A DNA stretch of 64,000 nucleotides from Calditrichota bacterium. Lineage in GTDB: Bacteria; Electryoneota; RPQS01. How positions within the stretch are numbered: the first letter of the stretch is position 1; every line of letters begins with the position of its first letter. The stretch lies in the NCBI GenBank assembly GCA_020637445.1, contig JACJVZ010000001.1, positions 1,647,947 to 1,711,946 on the forward strand. The letters are read 5' to 3'. This document shows positions 39,108-49,987 of this stretch, piece by piece. The notes beneath the pieces are model-generated. The model did no database searches. It saw only the letters and a program-made list of their open reading frames with translations, and was not told the origin of the DNA. The translations under genes were made by a program, and so were the position numbers.

Positions 39108-41111
39108 CTACGCGCGCGTTTTCTCCAGCACGGACAGTGCGCGGCGCGCTACGTTGTCCGGCGTTAGCCCAAGTTTCTCGTAAATTGTTTTCGCCGGAGC
39201 GCTCGCACCAAAGCGGTCGAGTCCGACAACATCACCGTCCAGCCCCACATATTTCCACCAGCTCAAAGTCGCGCCGGCTTCCACGGCGACTCTCGCGCGA
39301 ACGGACGAAGGAAGCACTTCATCCCGGTATGCTTGCGGCTGCTGGTCGAAGAGTTCGAAACACGGCACGGAAACCACGCGCGTTGCGACACCCTCTCTTT
39401 CAAGCTGAGCCTTCGCGCCGAGCGCAATCTCCACCTCGCTTCCGCTGGCAAGCAAAATCACGACGGGAGCGCCGTCGTTCGCATCGGACAAAACATATGC
39501 GCCAAGTTCAACGGGCATGCGCTCGCCTGCGTACTCAAGAACCGGCAACCCTTGACGAGTCAGGCAAAAGGCGACAGGGCCGTCCCTCCGTTCCAGCGCG
39601 ACGCGGTAGCATTGCGCCGTTTCGTTCGCGTCGGCGGGCCGCATCGTCCACAAATTCGGAGTCGCGCGCATATGCGTCAAATGCTCAATCGGCTGGTGCG
39701 TCGGTCCGTCTTCTCCCAGTCCGATACTGTCATGCGTGAACACATACAATACCGGCAAGTGCGACAGCGCAGACAGTCGTACCGACGCTTTCATGTAATC
39801 CAAGAAATTCAAGAACGTCGCGCCAAACGAAATGAACGGAGCACTGCTCGCGATTCCGTTCAGAACCGCGCCCATACCGTGTTCGCGAATTCCAAAACGA
39901 AGATTGCGGCCTCCGCGATATTCTCCTTGAAAATCTCCGCGGCCTTCAAGATAAGTCAAATTCGATTCGACGAGGTCCGCGCTTCCTCCCACCATCCATA
40001 GTAAATCACTAAGCGCTTCCAAGCAGGCTTCGGAGGCCTTGCGCGTGGCAAGAGGCTTGTCGCCGGGTTTCCACGTCGGCAGCTTGTCCGCCCAGTTTTC
40101 CGGCAGTCTGCGCGCCCAAAACTGCTGCCAATCGGCTTGTAAGCCGGGAGTGGCGGCAAAGGCTTTCTCAAGTAAACTCTGCCATTCGGTTTGTCGTTCC
40201 GAACCCGCTTGCCGCGCCGCACTCATGTGTTTGAAAACTTCCGTTGGAACGAAGAACGATTTGTCCTCGGGAAGCCCCAGTTCGCGTTTCGTGAGTTTGA
40301 GTTCTTCTTCACCCAACGGCGAACCATGCACCTTCGACGTGCCGGCTTTGTGCGGCGACCCAAACCCGATTGTAGTACGGCAGCGAACAAGAGTTGGTCG
40401 GTCCGTGTCCTCGATACCTTCGCGAATCGCCTGGTCCACTTCTTCGAGATCGAGTCCGTTGCATTCGAGCACTTGCCAGCCGTAACTTTCAAACCTTGCG
40501 CCGACGTCCTCGGTAAACGTGATCTTGGTTGAACCGTCAATCGTGATATGATTATCGTCATAGAGCATCACAATCGATCCCAAGCCCAAATGTCCGGCCA
40601 GCGACGCCGCTTCAGCCGACACCCCTTCCATCAAATCGCCGTCAGAACAAATTCCGAACACTCGGAAATTGATAACTTCGTGTCCCGGACGATTAAACGT
40701 CGCCGCGAGAATATCCCGGGCAATCGCGATTCCCACGATATTTCCCACACCCTGTCCTAGCGGTCCGGTTGTGGCTTCCACGCCGGGGGTCATCCCAAAT
40801 TCAGGGTGTCCCGGTGTAATGCTCCCCCATTGACGGAAATTCTTGAGCTGTTCCATCGGGAGATCGTAGCCTGTCAGATGCAGGAGCGAATAGAGCAGCG
40901 CGCAGCCGTGGCCCGCGGACAACACAAACCTGTCACGGTTCACCCATTGAGGATCAAGCGGATTGTGCCGCAAGTGTTTTTGAAAGACGGCATAGCCCAT
41001 AGCGGCCGCACCGAGCGGCAAACCCGGATGCCCGGAGTTTGCGGCCTGCACCGCGTCAATGGCTAATCCACGTACTGTATTGATGCTCAGTCGATCCAAC
41101 GCTTCTGACAT
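39108..41111 (-). CDS. tkt: Transketolase.
   Basis: '[20 protein letters not shown]', '[26 protein letters not shown]', 'GPLGQGVGN', TPP-binding 'GDGDLMEG'. 667 aa. Confidence 0.95.
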   Translation of the reverse strand: MSEALDRLSINTVRGLAIDAVQAANSGHPGLPLGAAAMGYAVFQKHLRHNPLDPQWVNRDRFVLSAGHGCALLYSLLHLTGYDLPMEQLKNFRQWGSITPGHPEFGMTPGVEATTGPLGQGVGNIVGIAIARDILAATFNRPGHEVINFRVFGICSDGDLMEGVSAEAASLAGHLGLGSIVMLYDDNHITIDGSTKITFTEDVGARFESYGWQVLECNGLDLEEVDQAIREGIEDTDRPTLVRCRTTIGFGSPHKAGTSKVHGSPLGEEELKLTKRELGLPEDKSFFVPTEVFKHMSAARQAGSERQTEWQSLLEKAFAATPGLQADWQQFWARRLPENWADKLPTWKPGDKPLATRKASEACLEALSDLLWMVGGSADLVESNLTYLEGRGDFQGEYRGGRNLRFGIREHGMGAVLNGIASSAPFISFGATFLNFLDYMKASVRLSALSHLPVLYVFTHDSIGLGEDGPTHQPIEHLTHMRATPNLWTMRPADANETAQCYRVALERRDGPVAFCLTRQGLPVLEYAGERMPVELGAYVLSDANDGAPVVILLASGSEVEIALGAKAQLEREGVATRVVSVPCFELFDQQPQAYRDEVLPSSVRARVAVEAGATLSWWKYVGLDGDVVGLDRFGASAPAKTIYEKLGLTPDNVARRALSVLEKTRA

Positions 41112-41239
41112 TGAGTGCTCCTGTTGCTCCTCACAATCATGAGAAACGAGTTGTAATCCAATTCGAAAACAAGCACAAAGCGACGGATATGCTCCGTCGC
41201 TTTGCTGATTTTAGTTGCAAAACCTTGAGTGGGTTCGCA

Positions 41240-44200
41240 TTACTTCATCAAGATCATCTTGCGGCTTTCCACGAAACTGCCTGCGACAATCCTGTAGAGA
41301 TAGACTCCGCTCGCGTACGAGCTTGCGTCAAACGTTACGGTATGATAACCCGCTCCAAACGAACCGTCAACCAGTTTCGTCACTTCACGGCCCGTGATGT
41401 CGTAAACCGTGAGTTGCACGTTCTGCGCTTCAGGCAGGCCGAACTGAATCTGCGTCGTCGGATTGAACGGGTTCGGGTAGTTGGCGGAGAGCTCGTAATT
41501 CACGGGAATTACGGTTTGGCTGTAAGTCGGCCATTCTTCGTTGTCATCTTCCGGCTGCGGCATGGCCAGCGTGGCGTCCATGTTCTCATCGGTCAAAGCG
41601 GACAGCCACAGCTTGATGGTGCCTTCGCCCGCGCCGATGATGTCGGTATCGCCGTCATTATCGAAGTCACCGCCGTGCACGACCGAAGCCTGCGTCATCG
41701 TAGACGAAATCACGTTACGGTAGAAGCGGTGCTCCGTGCGGCGCCACCACGAGATTTCCTGATTCTCATTGGCGGCCAACAACAAGTCATTCAAACCGTC
41801 GGCATCCATGTCCACGGCGTCCATTTCGCGCGGGAAGGGAACCAACGAGGTGACGTAATTTTCTTCCATCGTCGCGCCGTCCCACCATGCAACCAGCGGT
41901 TCCTGTGCGACGCAGAAGTAGATGTCAAGAACGTTGTCGCCGTTCAAATGCGCGGCATTGATGTAGGACGCACCGTAGACATCCGACATCAACACGCTAC
42001 GTGTAAATGTTTCGCTGCCGTTATTCGAATAGAGGGCGAACATGCCGCCGTCGTACGCGGCACCGAGAATATCCATGTCGCCGTCGTTTCCGATATCCGC
42101 CACTTCAACGGAACGGGCGCCTTCGAAGGCGTTGTCAATCACGAAACGCGTGAAAGAATTGTTGGGATTATGACGCCACCACGAAACGTCGTTTTCGTCG
42201 CAGGCCGCCGTCACGAGGTCCATATCGTTGTCGCCATCGAGGTCCACGATCACCACGTCGCGCGCGCCGTCGTAGTTCGAAGCAATCACGTTCAGTGTAA
42301 AGCTGCCGTCTTGATTTTGACGGAACCAGACGAGTTGGTCTGCGAACTGCGCAACCGCGGCGATATCAAGATCGCCGTCGTTGTCAAGGTCACCGACGGC
42401 CACCGAACGCGCGCCGTCCCAATTTTCGACGATCACGTGCGGCACAAACTGCCAGCCGCCCATGTTTTCGTACCACATGACCTTGTCGGCGAACATACCG
42501 CAGGCCACGACGTCCATATCGCCGTCATCGTCCAAATCGGCCGGAACAGCGGACATACAGCCGTACAGATCCGTCGTCACGGTAACGACACCGAATGGAA
42601 TCGGATCGACCGGCACTCGGTATCCATAAGTTACCACGGACATCGCACCCTGACCGCAGTCATTGAAAGCGCGAACGCGGTATTCATATTCGACGCCCGG
42701 AGCCGCCGAGAAGTCGTCGTAGGCAATAACGTTTGCGCCCACTGTCGCGATGACTTCCGCCGGGAATCCGCGCAGAATTTCAAAACCGGTTTCGCCGCTG
42801 ACGTTATTCCACGACAGATGCACGCGGTCATTCAGGTTGGTCGACGCCACGACGTTCGTAACAATCGACACCGGCGCTGCCGACGAACCTTGGTTGACGG
42901 CAGTCATCGTGCCCAAACCGCACTGGTTGACGCCGCGCATCTGATAGTTGTAGACGACGCCGGGTTGAATATCAGTATCATTGTAAGAAGTCAATCCGTC
43001 CGGTACCGTGGCGATTTGAACGTTGTTACGCCAGATTTGATACTCGGTCGCGACAGCGACTTCATTCCAGCTTACGATCACGACGTTGCACAAGCCGTCT
43101 GAAGCGTTGAATCCGGTCGGCGCGGGCGGCAGCGGAATCGTTGAACCTTGCACAGCCGGAGTCTGCGGTCCGCTTCCGCACGCGTTCGTCGCGGCGACCG
43201 TGTAGTTGAACGTCGAGCCTGTAGCCACGTTGTCCGTGTAGGAGAATGTCCCTTGCGGAAGCGTTGCAATCAAGGTTCCGCCCTTGCGAACTTCGTAGTT
43301 CAGCGCGTGCTGCGTACCCGTCCACGTCAACAGAATCGACGTGCAGCGGTCATGCGTCGCGGCAAGGTTCGTTACCGTACCGGCAGTCGGCGCGGCAACA
43401 CCGGCGTCGCTGGCACATCCACCAACTCCGCAGAGGTTAGACACCGCGCAAACTTCGTACGTCGCGGCCTGTGCGAGCGGGTTCGAATCGACATACTGAC
43501 GCTGCACACCGGCCGAGCCGCCGACCAAGGTAGCCAGAAGCGAGCCGTTACGCTTGATCTGCACTGAATCCTGTCCGTCCACATTGGCGAACGTAAAGGA
43601 CACGGTTACGATACCGCAGCCGTCATCGCTTGCTGACATTTGCGACGGAGCCACCGGCGTCGGAGCCGTGCGCCCTTGGTCGCTCGAAATCGGCGATTCA
43701 ATCGTATCACCGGCGGCACACACGCGCAACGCGGTAATGCTGTAGGTGCTGGCGGGCCAAATGCCCGGATGGTTGTAAGTGGTCGTATTCGCAGCGACGC
43801 GGGCCAATGGGTTGCCGTTGCGGCGGATACGCAGATAGTTGACGCCGGATTCCGTATAAGGAGTCCATGTCAACTGCACCATGTCGCAGAGATTTTCGCT
43901 GGCGGCAAAACCGACCACCGCCACCGGATAAGTATTCGGCGTCACGTTAATCACTTGTGATTCCGGACCAACTTCGCAGCCGTTGAAAGCGGCAACCGTT
44001 AAGTTGCAGTTGCCGGTATCCGCCGGGCAGAATTGCGTCGACGTCACGTTTGCGCCGAGTGTATCGGCAATCACGCCGTTGCAGAAAATATAGTAGCCTT
44101 GTTCGTTCGCAACGTCATTCCAGCTCATGTCCACACAGAAGCACGGGCTGGCGACCGCGGTAAATCCTACGACCTGTGCCAGCATCGGAATCACCGTAAC

Positions 44201-47200
44201 CGTGTTGCTCGGAGCAGATTGCGCACCCGCACCGCACTGGTTCGCCGTGATTACGCGGTAGCTGTAGCTGCCTGCGGGCAACGGTCCGTCCACGAAGGAC
44301 AGGTCTTCCGGAGCATTCGTGGCCACCAACGTACCGTTGCGCCAGACTGAGTAGCCCGTTATCGGACTGGTCGCAGGCGCCGTCCACGACACGGTAATCG
44401 TGCCGCATTCTTCGACGGCGGTCACACCCGTCGCAACACCCGGAACGGCATATCCTTCGCCGTTCACGGCAACGCTGGCCGGACCAACTCCGCAAGCGTT
44501 GAACGCGGCGACCTGATACGTATGCACGCCGGTGATGCCATTGTCATTATAAGAAACGACATTCGCGCCGACGGTTGCAATCGGAGTCGTCGTATTGCCG
44601 TCACGGTAGATATTGTAGCCGGTTTCGAGAGCTTGGTCGGTCCAAGTCACCGTAACCAAACTACACACGTCCATCGTCGCGGCCACGCCGGCAACAACCG
44701 GAGGAACGTCCGCGATGGCGCCTTCGGCCGTGTTGCCCACGTCGCCGCTGCCGCACTCGTTGACTGCCACAACCCAATAGTTGTAGAACTGTCCCGGAGT
44801 GGCGGTTTCGTCGTCATAGGAAACGCTGTTTGCAGGTACGGTCGCGATTGGCGCGCCTTCACGCCAAATCTGATAGGAATCTTCGTTTTCGATATCCGTC
44901 CAGGACACCGTTACGGCATCACAATCGGTCGTCGTCGCCGCAACTGTGCTTACCATACCCGGAATATCGCGGCGGCAGCCTTCCACTTCCTCCGATTCTT
45001 CGCCGGCACCACCTTCGTTAAAGCCGCGCACGGTATAGGTGAAGCATTCACCCGGTTCCGGCGTCGCATCGCAATACGTCGTAACGTCCGCGCCGACCGT
45101 GCCAATCACTTCGCCTTCACGGAGAATTTCGTAACCCGTTTCGTTATCGATATCCGTCCAAGTCAGACAGATCTGATTGCAATTCGTTGTGCTCGCTTCA
45201 ACTCCGGTCACGGCATCGAGGTTGAACACCGCGATTCCCACTGCTCCGGTTGACACGTCACCTTCGCCGCAAACGTTGTAGGCAGCGACCGTGTATGTGT
45301 ATTCCACGCCCGGTACGGCAGTCATATCGCAATAGGAAGTATCGTCAGCGCTGGTCGTGAAGATCAGCGTAGCGTTGCGGTAAACGTAAAATCCAAGTTC
45401 ACCGGCCACGTTGTCCCATGACAGACAAACTTCGTTCACGACATTTTGCGTCGCGGTAAGATTCATAACCTGCGTCGGGGTCTGCGCGCGCATACCCGTC
45501 GCTGCCACGGACTGGGGACCTTCGTTGCACGCATTCACGGCCGCAACCGTGTAGTCGTGCGACTCGCCCATAACTACCGTGAAGTCAGCGTAGTCAGAAA
45601 GAATCGGCAGCGTCGTGGTCAAAGAATCGCCGTCGCGATAGATAATATAGCTCGTCGCGCCGGGATAGTCTTCCCACGTGATGTAGACACCTTCACAGCT
45701 ATCCACGGAAGCAACCACACCGGTCACCTGGCCCATTTGCGGCAGGCGTTCACCGCTCGCAGGATCAGACGCATTCGTCAAACCGCAGAATTCGCTGTAG
45801 GCACGCACGGTGTATTCATAGACTCCCGCCGCGGGAATATCCGTGAACATCGTGTCGGGCGCCGCCACCGTTCCGGCCAAATTGTCGTCGCGGTAAACGC
45901 GGTATTCCGTCACGTCGCCGGGTGCGGTATTCCACGCAACCATAACCGAATCACAATTGTCATCGGTGGCGGTCACGTTGATCGGCGGTTCCGGACCTTC
46001 CAAACGAGTTCCGTTATCGGAATCCGAAGGATCTGACGAGCCGCACAGTTCATCATACGCTCTAACCGTATAAGCCGCAGTAGTACCGCTGGCGATGCCA
46101 GTGTCGGTATAGTCCAGCGTGTCAGCGCCGACCGTGTCAATCGCCAAGCCGTCGCGGAAAATGATGTAGTGGCTGAACGTTCCCGTCGACGCTTCCCACG
46201 TCACAAAAACATCCGAGCACGAGGTGTCGGAAGCCATGACATTGGTCGGAGCCGTCGGATATTCCTGCACCGTTCCCGTGGTAATGGACGCGCCGGAAGA
46301 GTCGCAGCCGTCATTCGAAGGAATGGCATAGATTGTATAGATGTTGTCGCCGAGCAAAGCCTCGGTGTCAACGTAGGTCGTATCCGTAATATCGCCGCCG
46401 ATTTGCACGTCGTCACGATATAGATGGTAAACTACTCCGGCAGTGCTTTCAGGCTGCGTACCCCACGACAATGCTACCGCGTCACAGCGGTCCTCAGAAG
46501 CAGTGAAGCCGGGAGGAGCAACCGGCGAATTCAAGTATCCCGCAATGCCTTCATCGCTGAGATCGCCTTCACCGCAGGCCACGGAGTATGCGCTGATCAT
46601 GTAGGAAAACGCACCGTGCAGTTCCGGCACGTACGCGTAGCACGTATCAGCGGTGGAATCAAACAAAACCTCGTCGACGTAGATGTAGTATCCGTCTACG
46701 TCACCCGATGCGCTGCTCCAGCATACGATCACCGAATCGCAGCGGTCGGTCGTGGAAAGAATGGTCGGAATTCCGACGGACTCAAGTTGACGGCCTGTCG
46801 CCGCGTCGCTCGGATCGGACTCCGGACACGTCGTGCTTGTCGCGACGACCGTGTAATCATGCGACTCCGTATCACCGGGATCATCGACGTACGTAAGTTC
46901 GTCGCCTCCGACGGACGCCACGTTGACGTCGTCGCGGTAAATGTCGTAGCCGTCGACGTCACCGTCAGACGCTTCCCATGAAATCGAAACTCCGGTACAC
47001 AGAGTATCCGACGCCGTCACGTTTTGCGGCGTGGAGGGCGGCAGCATGACTTCCACCATGATGTGGTTACTCGTGTCACCGACTCCGCATGCGTTAACGG
47101 ATTCAAAGTAGACGTCATGCGTACCGGGACCAGCCGGAATAATCAGCGAATCCAGCCAATAGGCGATGGAGCCTTGCGGCGAACCGTCAAGATAGACGTT

Positions 47201-49645
47201 GTAATCCGTAGCGTCGCCCAGCGACGTCCATGATACGACGATAGTCTGACAGTCAATGCTGTAGCCGGAAAGGTCCGTGAGGCCCGCCGGCGTGCCCAGA
47301 CGCTGGAATTCCAACGTATCGGTAGTACTGCCGTATCCGCACTCGTTTGAGCCAACCGCAAACGCAGTGTGCACGTCGTCGTCATCGAGACCAATCGAGA
47401 ACGTGCCGTTCGGCAAAAGATTGATCGCGTACGATTGGTCGTCAAGGTAGAAGTGCGTCGTATCACCGTACGCCGGTCGGATAAACGAGAAATACACGCG
47501 GTCACAGGTCACGGAATCGACTTGGAATCCCGGAGCCACGGGCAACGGATAGGCGCCGCCGTCATCGGGATCACTGTCGCCCGTTCCGCCCGCACCAACG
47601 GCGCGCACGACGTACGAGTAGACCGCACCGGAAACCACATTGTGATCGGTGTACGTCGTCACATCGGCAGTCACCGAGTCAATCACGGCGTTGTCACGAA
47701 CGATGCGGTACTTCGTTTCGTTGGCTACGTCATCCCACGTCACGACTACGCTGTCGCACAGCGAATCCGTCGCGGAAACGTTCGTCGGTGCATCCTGCGC
47801 GGCCAAAATCATACCTTGCACGGCAGTGGACAACGTTCCGGTTCCGCATTCGTTGTACGCGCCGATCTGGTAGTTGTACGCCGTGTTCGGCAATGCGCTC
47901 GTATCGTCATAAGTCAAAACGTCCGCGTTCACGGAGTCAATTGCGACCAGCAAAACGGCGTCGCGATAAATTCCGAAGCCGGTTTCGTTGGCCACGTTGC
48001 CCCACGTCAGCGTTACGCGGTCAGGCAAATTGTTCGTAGCAGTCAATCCGGTTACTTGCGACGGAGCGGTCTTCTTCGATCCCGTATTTGCCGTGGGAAA
48101 GGAGCTCGTTCCGCACGTGTTCGTAGCCGCTACCGTGTAAGAGGGTGTCCCAGTCGCCGTCGAGTCGTTGTAGGAAGTAACATTGGCCGCTGTCGTGAAA
48201 ATGTCAACGCCGTTCCTGCGGACGACAAAGCCCGTTTCATCCGAGCTGTTGTCCCACCACGTAACTTGTACGTGAGAACAGAACGACGCGTCGCTGGCAT
48301 TCACGCCTGACGGAGCGGTTGGCGTGCCGATGCGGGAACCGGAGACCTGCGTTGACTGAGCGCCTTCCTGGCAAGAACTTGGGTTTGTGCTGATAAACGC
48401 GGCCACCGTGTAGTTGAAGGGAGTGTTCGGCGTCGCTGTGCCGTCACTGTAGGAAGTCGCGGGCGCGTTGACCGTTTGGATCTGCGTCCCGTTACGCCGC
48501 ACGATGTAACTCGTCGCGCCTGTCACGGCACCCCAACTCAGATTGACCGTGCAGAGACCATTGGTGGTGGTCAATCCCGTAACCTGCGCAGGCGGCTGAT
48601 ACGCCGTTGCGGCATGGTTTGGCGTCGCAGGCCCAACACCGCACGTGGAACTCCAGCCTCTGATGCTGTAGTTGTGCGAACCTGACAGCGACGTGACAAC
48701 CGTATCGCGCATCACAGAGTTTTGTGCGAGCGTCGGAATCGTGTCAACCGGCACGTTGTCTTGATAGATAATAAAGTTCTGAATCGACGTGGCGGGAATC
48801 GGCACACGCCAGCGAACAATGATCTTGCCGCATTCTGACGGATGCGCAGTCACCTGAACGGACGTGTCAGCCGGAGCCAGGGGCTCTTGAATGCGCGTTC
48901 CCGCTTCTGACGAAGGCGCCGAATAGCACTCTTGCGTGTCGTCGTGATATCGCGCGCGGATGTTGTACGTATAGGTACCCGCGGGGGCCGTGTTGTCGAC
49001 AAACGAAGTCACGGACCAAAGGACTTTACCGACCGGAGTGCCGGCGCGGTCGATGAACAACGAGTCGACGCCTTGGTCATTGGGATAGGCCGTCCAACTC
49101 AGTGAGATATTCGAGCACGAATTGTCCGAAGCATTAAATCCGGAAACAGGCGAAGGCGTCGGACAGCCAGCGCACGGCGTATCGACGCAGTTGAGCGCCA
49201 CTTCGCCGTTATCCACACCGAAATAAATTTCCTGTAAGCCCGTGACAATCGTGAAAGCGTCCGATTCCCAGTGCTGTCCGTTCAAACAGATACGCAGCCA
49301 CAACCGTGCGGGACTGGGGAGACCAGACGTGATCGTGAACGGCGGTTCCGTGGCAAATCCACCAGGAACTCCCAATAAGCCATCTCCGTTCATTTGGAAC
49401 TGGTTGAAGTTCGCCGCAGGAAACACGTCTGTCGGATACAGTTCGTCCGTATCATCCGGTCCGTTGTCGTTCTGATCCCACATCACGTCCACAACTGCGT
49501 CGTCGGGCAAGAAATTGCCGCCCGCACACGTTTCAGTTAGTTGTTGACTGACATCAATAAAGAATGCATTGACTTGGGCGTGTGCTTGTTTTGCGAGGAA
49601 GATCAAACATCCTGCAAGAACAATAGCTCTCAACTTCATCGGCAA
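41240..49645 (-). CDS. Giant (2801-aa) T9SS-secreted cell-surface adhesin-like protein. It has a signal peptide, more than 20 tandem fibronectin-III-like repeats, a C-terminal FG-GAP/VCBS-type beta-propeller repeat region, and a T9SS C-terminal sorting domain.
   Basis: Signal peptide 'MPMKLRAIVLAGCLIFLAKQAHA'. Reiterated '...VTWxxxxNETGYxIxRDGxxIATVxANVTSYxDxxAxPGxxYxYxVxAxNxCGxG'. 'DLDDDGDMDVV', 'GDLDNDGDLDI', 'DLDGDNDMDLV', 'GDFDNDGDTDII' (FG-GAP). C-terminus 'NYPNPFNPTTQIQFGLPEAQNVQLTVYDITGREV...GVYLYRI'. Confidence 0.85.
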   Translation of the reverse strand: MPMKLRAIVLAGCLIFLAKQAHAQVNAFFIDVSQQLTETCAGGNFLPDDAVVDVMWDQNDNGPDDTDELYPTDVFPAANFNQFQMNGDGLLGVPGGFATEPPFTITSGLPSPARLWLRICLNGQHWESDAFTIVTGLQEIYFGVDNGEVALNCVDTPCAGCPTPSPVSGFNASDNSCSNISLSWTAYPNDQGVDSLFIDRAGTPVGKVLWSVTSFVDNTAPAGTYTYNIRARYHDDTQECYSAPSSEAGTRIQEPLAPADTSVQVTAHPSECGKIIVRWRVPIPATSIQNFIIYQDNVPVDTIPTLAQNSVMRDTVVTSLSGSHNYSIRGWSSTCGVGPATPNHAATAYQPPAQVTGLTTTNGLCTVNLSWGAVTGATSYIVRRNGTQIQTVNAPATSYSDGTATPNTPFNYTVAAFISTNPSSCQEGAQSTQVSGSRIGTPTAPSGVNASDASFCSHVQVTWWDNSSDETGFVVRRNGVDIFTTAANVTSYNDSTATGTPSYTVAATNTCGTSSFPTANTGSKKTAPSQVTGLTATNNLPDRVTLTWGNVANETGFGIYRDAVLLVAIDSVNADVLTYDDTSALPNTAYNYQIGAYNECGTGTLSTAVQGMILAAQDAPTNVSATDSLCDSVVVTWDDVANETKYRIVRDNAVIDSVTADVTTYTDHNVVSGAVYSYVVRAVGAGGTGDSDPDDGGAYPLPVAPGFQVDSVTCDRVYFSFIRPAYGDTTHFYLDDQSYAINLLPNGTFSIGLDDDDVHTAFAVGSNECGYGSTTDTLEFQRLGTPAGLTDLSGYSIDCQTIVVSWTSLGDATDYNVYLDGSPQGSIAYWLDSLIIPAGPGTHDVYFESVNACGVGDTSNHIMVEVMLPPSTPQNVTASDTLCTGVSISWEASDGDVDGYDIYRDDVNVASVGGDELTYVDDPGDTESHDYTVVATSTTCPESDPSDAATGRQLESVGIPTILSTTDRCDSVIVCWSSASGDVDGYYIYVDEVLFDSTADTCYAYVPELHGAFSYMISAYSVACGEGDLSDEGIAGYLNSPVAPPGFTASEDRCDAVALSWGTQPESTAGVVYHLYRDDVQIGGDITDTTYVDTEALLGDNIYTIYAIPSNDGCDSSGASITTGTVQEYPTAPTNVMASDTSCSDVFVTWEASTGTFSHYIIFRDGLAIDTVGADTLDYTDTGIASGTTAAYTVRAYDELCGSSDPSDSDNGTRLEGPEPPINVTATDDNCDSVMVAWNTAPGDVTEYRVYRDDNLAGTVAAPDTMFTDIPAAGVYEYTVRAYSEFCGLTNASDPASGERLPQMGQVTGVVASVDSCEGVYITWEDYPGATSYIIYRDGDSLTTTLPILSDYADFTVVMGESHDYTVAAVNACNEGPQSVAATGMRAQTPTQVMNLTATQNVVNEVCLSWDNVAGELGFYVYRNATLIFTTSADDTSYCDMTAVPGVEYTYTVAAYNVCGEGDVSTGAVGIAVFNLDAVTGVEASTTNCNQICLTWTDIDNETGYEILREGEVIGTVGADVTTYCDATPEPGECFTYTVRGFNEGGAGEESEEVEGCRRDIPGMVSTVAATTTDCDAVTVSWTDIENEDSYQIWREGAPIATVPANSVSYDDETATPGQFYNYWVVAVNECGSGDVGNTAEGAIADVPPVVAGVAATMDVCSLVTVTWTDQALETGYNIYRDGNTTTPIATVGANVVSYNDNGITGVHTYQVAAFNACGVGPASVAVNGEGYAVPGVATGVTAVEECGTITVSWTAPATSPITGYSVWRNGTLVATNAPEDLSFVDGPLPAGSYSYRVITANQCGAGAQSAPSNTVTVIPMLAQVVGFTAVASPCFCVDMSWNDVANEQGYYIFCNGVIADTLGANVTSTQFCPADTGNCNLTVAAFNGCEVGPESQVINVTPNTYPVAVVGFAASENLCDMVQLTWTPYTESGVNYLRIRRNGNPLARVAANTTTYNHPGIWPASTYSITALRVCAAGDTIESPISSDQGRTAPTPVAPSQMSASDDGCGIVTVSFTFANVDGQDSVQIKRNGSLLATLVGGSAGVQRQYVDSNPLAQAATYEVCAVSNLCGVGGCASDAGVAAPTAGTVTNLAATHDRCTSILLTWTGTQHALNYEVRKGGTLIATLPQGTFSYTDNVATGSTFNYTVAATNACGSGPQTPAVQGSTIPLPPAPTGFNASDGLCNVVIVSWNEVAVATEYQIWRNNVQIATVPDGLTSYNDTDIQPGVVYNYQMRGVNQCGLGTMTAVNQGSSAAPVSIVTNVVASTNLNDRVHLSWNNVSGETGFEILRGFPAEVIATVGANVIAYDDFSAAPGVEYEYRVRAFNDCGQGAMSVVTYGYRVPVDPIPFGVVTVTTDLYGCMSAVPADLDDDGDMDVVACGMFADKVMWYENMGGWQFVPHVIVENWDGARSVAVGDLDNDGDLDIAAVAQFADQLVWFRQNQDGSFTLNVIASNYDGARDVVIVDLDGDNDMDLVTAACDENDVSWWRHNPNNSFTRFVIDNAFEGARSVEVADIGNDGDMDILGAAYDGGMFALYSNNGSETFTRSVLMSDVYGASYINAAHLNGDNVLDIYFCVAQEPLVAWWDGATMEENYVTSLVPFPREMDAVDMDADGLNDLLLAANENQEISWWRRTEHRFYRNVISSTMTQASVVHGGDFDNDGDTDIIGAGEGTIKLWLSALTDENMDATLAMPQPEDDNEEWPTYSQTVIPVNYELSANYPNPFNPTTQIQFGLPEAQNVQLTVYDITGREVTKLVDGSFGAGYHTVTFDASSYASGVYLYRIVAGSFVESRKMILMK

Positions 49646-49763
49646 ACCTCCACATCAAAAAACTTCACACAGGATGGACACGCGCGGAACTTGTCAAAGG
49701 TCCGCGAGGTTTCGAATTCGGGACGGTTCAAGAGTCCACTTGGGAATTGGCTGCAAGCCCACA

Positions 49764-49784
49764 AAACAGGCAAATTGCCTGTTT
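49764..49784. promoter_or_regulatory. 21-bp perfect palindrome AAACAGGCAA-a-TTGCCTGTTT in the divergent intergenic region. Candidate dimeric transcription-factor operator.
   Basis: 10-bp perfect inverted-repeat arms around a single central A. Lies 120 nt upstream of the giant adhesin start (-) and 140-200 nt upstream of the 49925/49988 + gene. Confidence 0.4.
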
Positions 49785-49987
49785 GCAGGCCAGCGCTTGT
49801 AAATTTCCGCGCCATGTCTTGCAAATCCTCGTTCAGGTGTTTATATTCTATCAATTTAAGCGAGAGAGGGGAGACCTGCGACGGAGGTGACTCCATGCAG
49901 GACTTAGAAAGATAACCATTTCTCGTGAAGCAGTCAACCCTCAGAAGGTTGCAAGTGCTACGAAAAACAATCCTTGAAACTACCCAA

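Noticed and set aside
41111-43102. 663-aa ORF on the plus strand (and many other 60-340-aa plus-strand ORFs between 43000 and 49500).
   Set aside because: Entirely antisense to the 8.4-kb adhesin gene. The translations are Arg/His/Val-rich low-complexity sequence typical of spurious ORFs in GC-rich DNA. No start context or domain signal.
49700-49745. tRNA-like fragments ('ggtttcgaattcggg', 'ggttcaagagtcc') in the 279-nt intergenic region. I also checked whether the 387-nt region 62300-62686 could hold tmRNA.
   Set aside because: No acceptor, D or anticodon stems can be built around the putative T-loops. The loop sizes are wrong (9 nt). The 62300-62686 region lacks a GGTTCGA T-arm and tmRNA 5' motifs.
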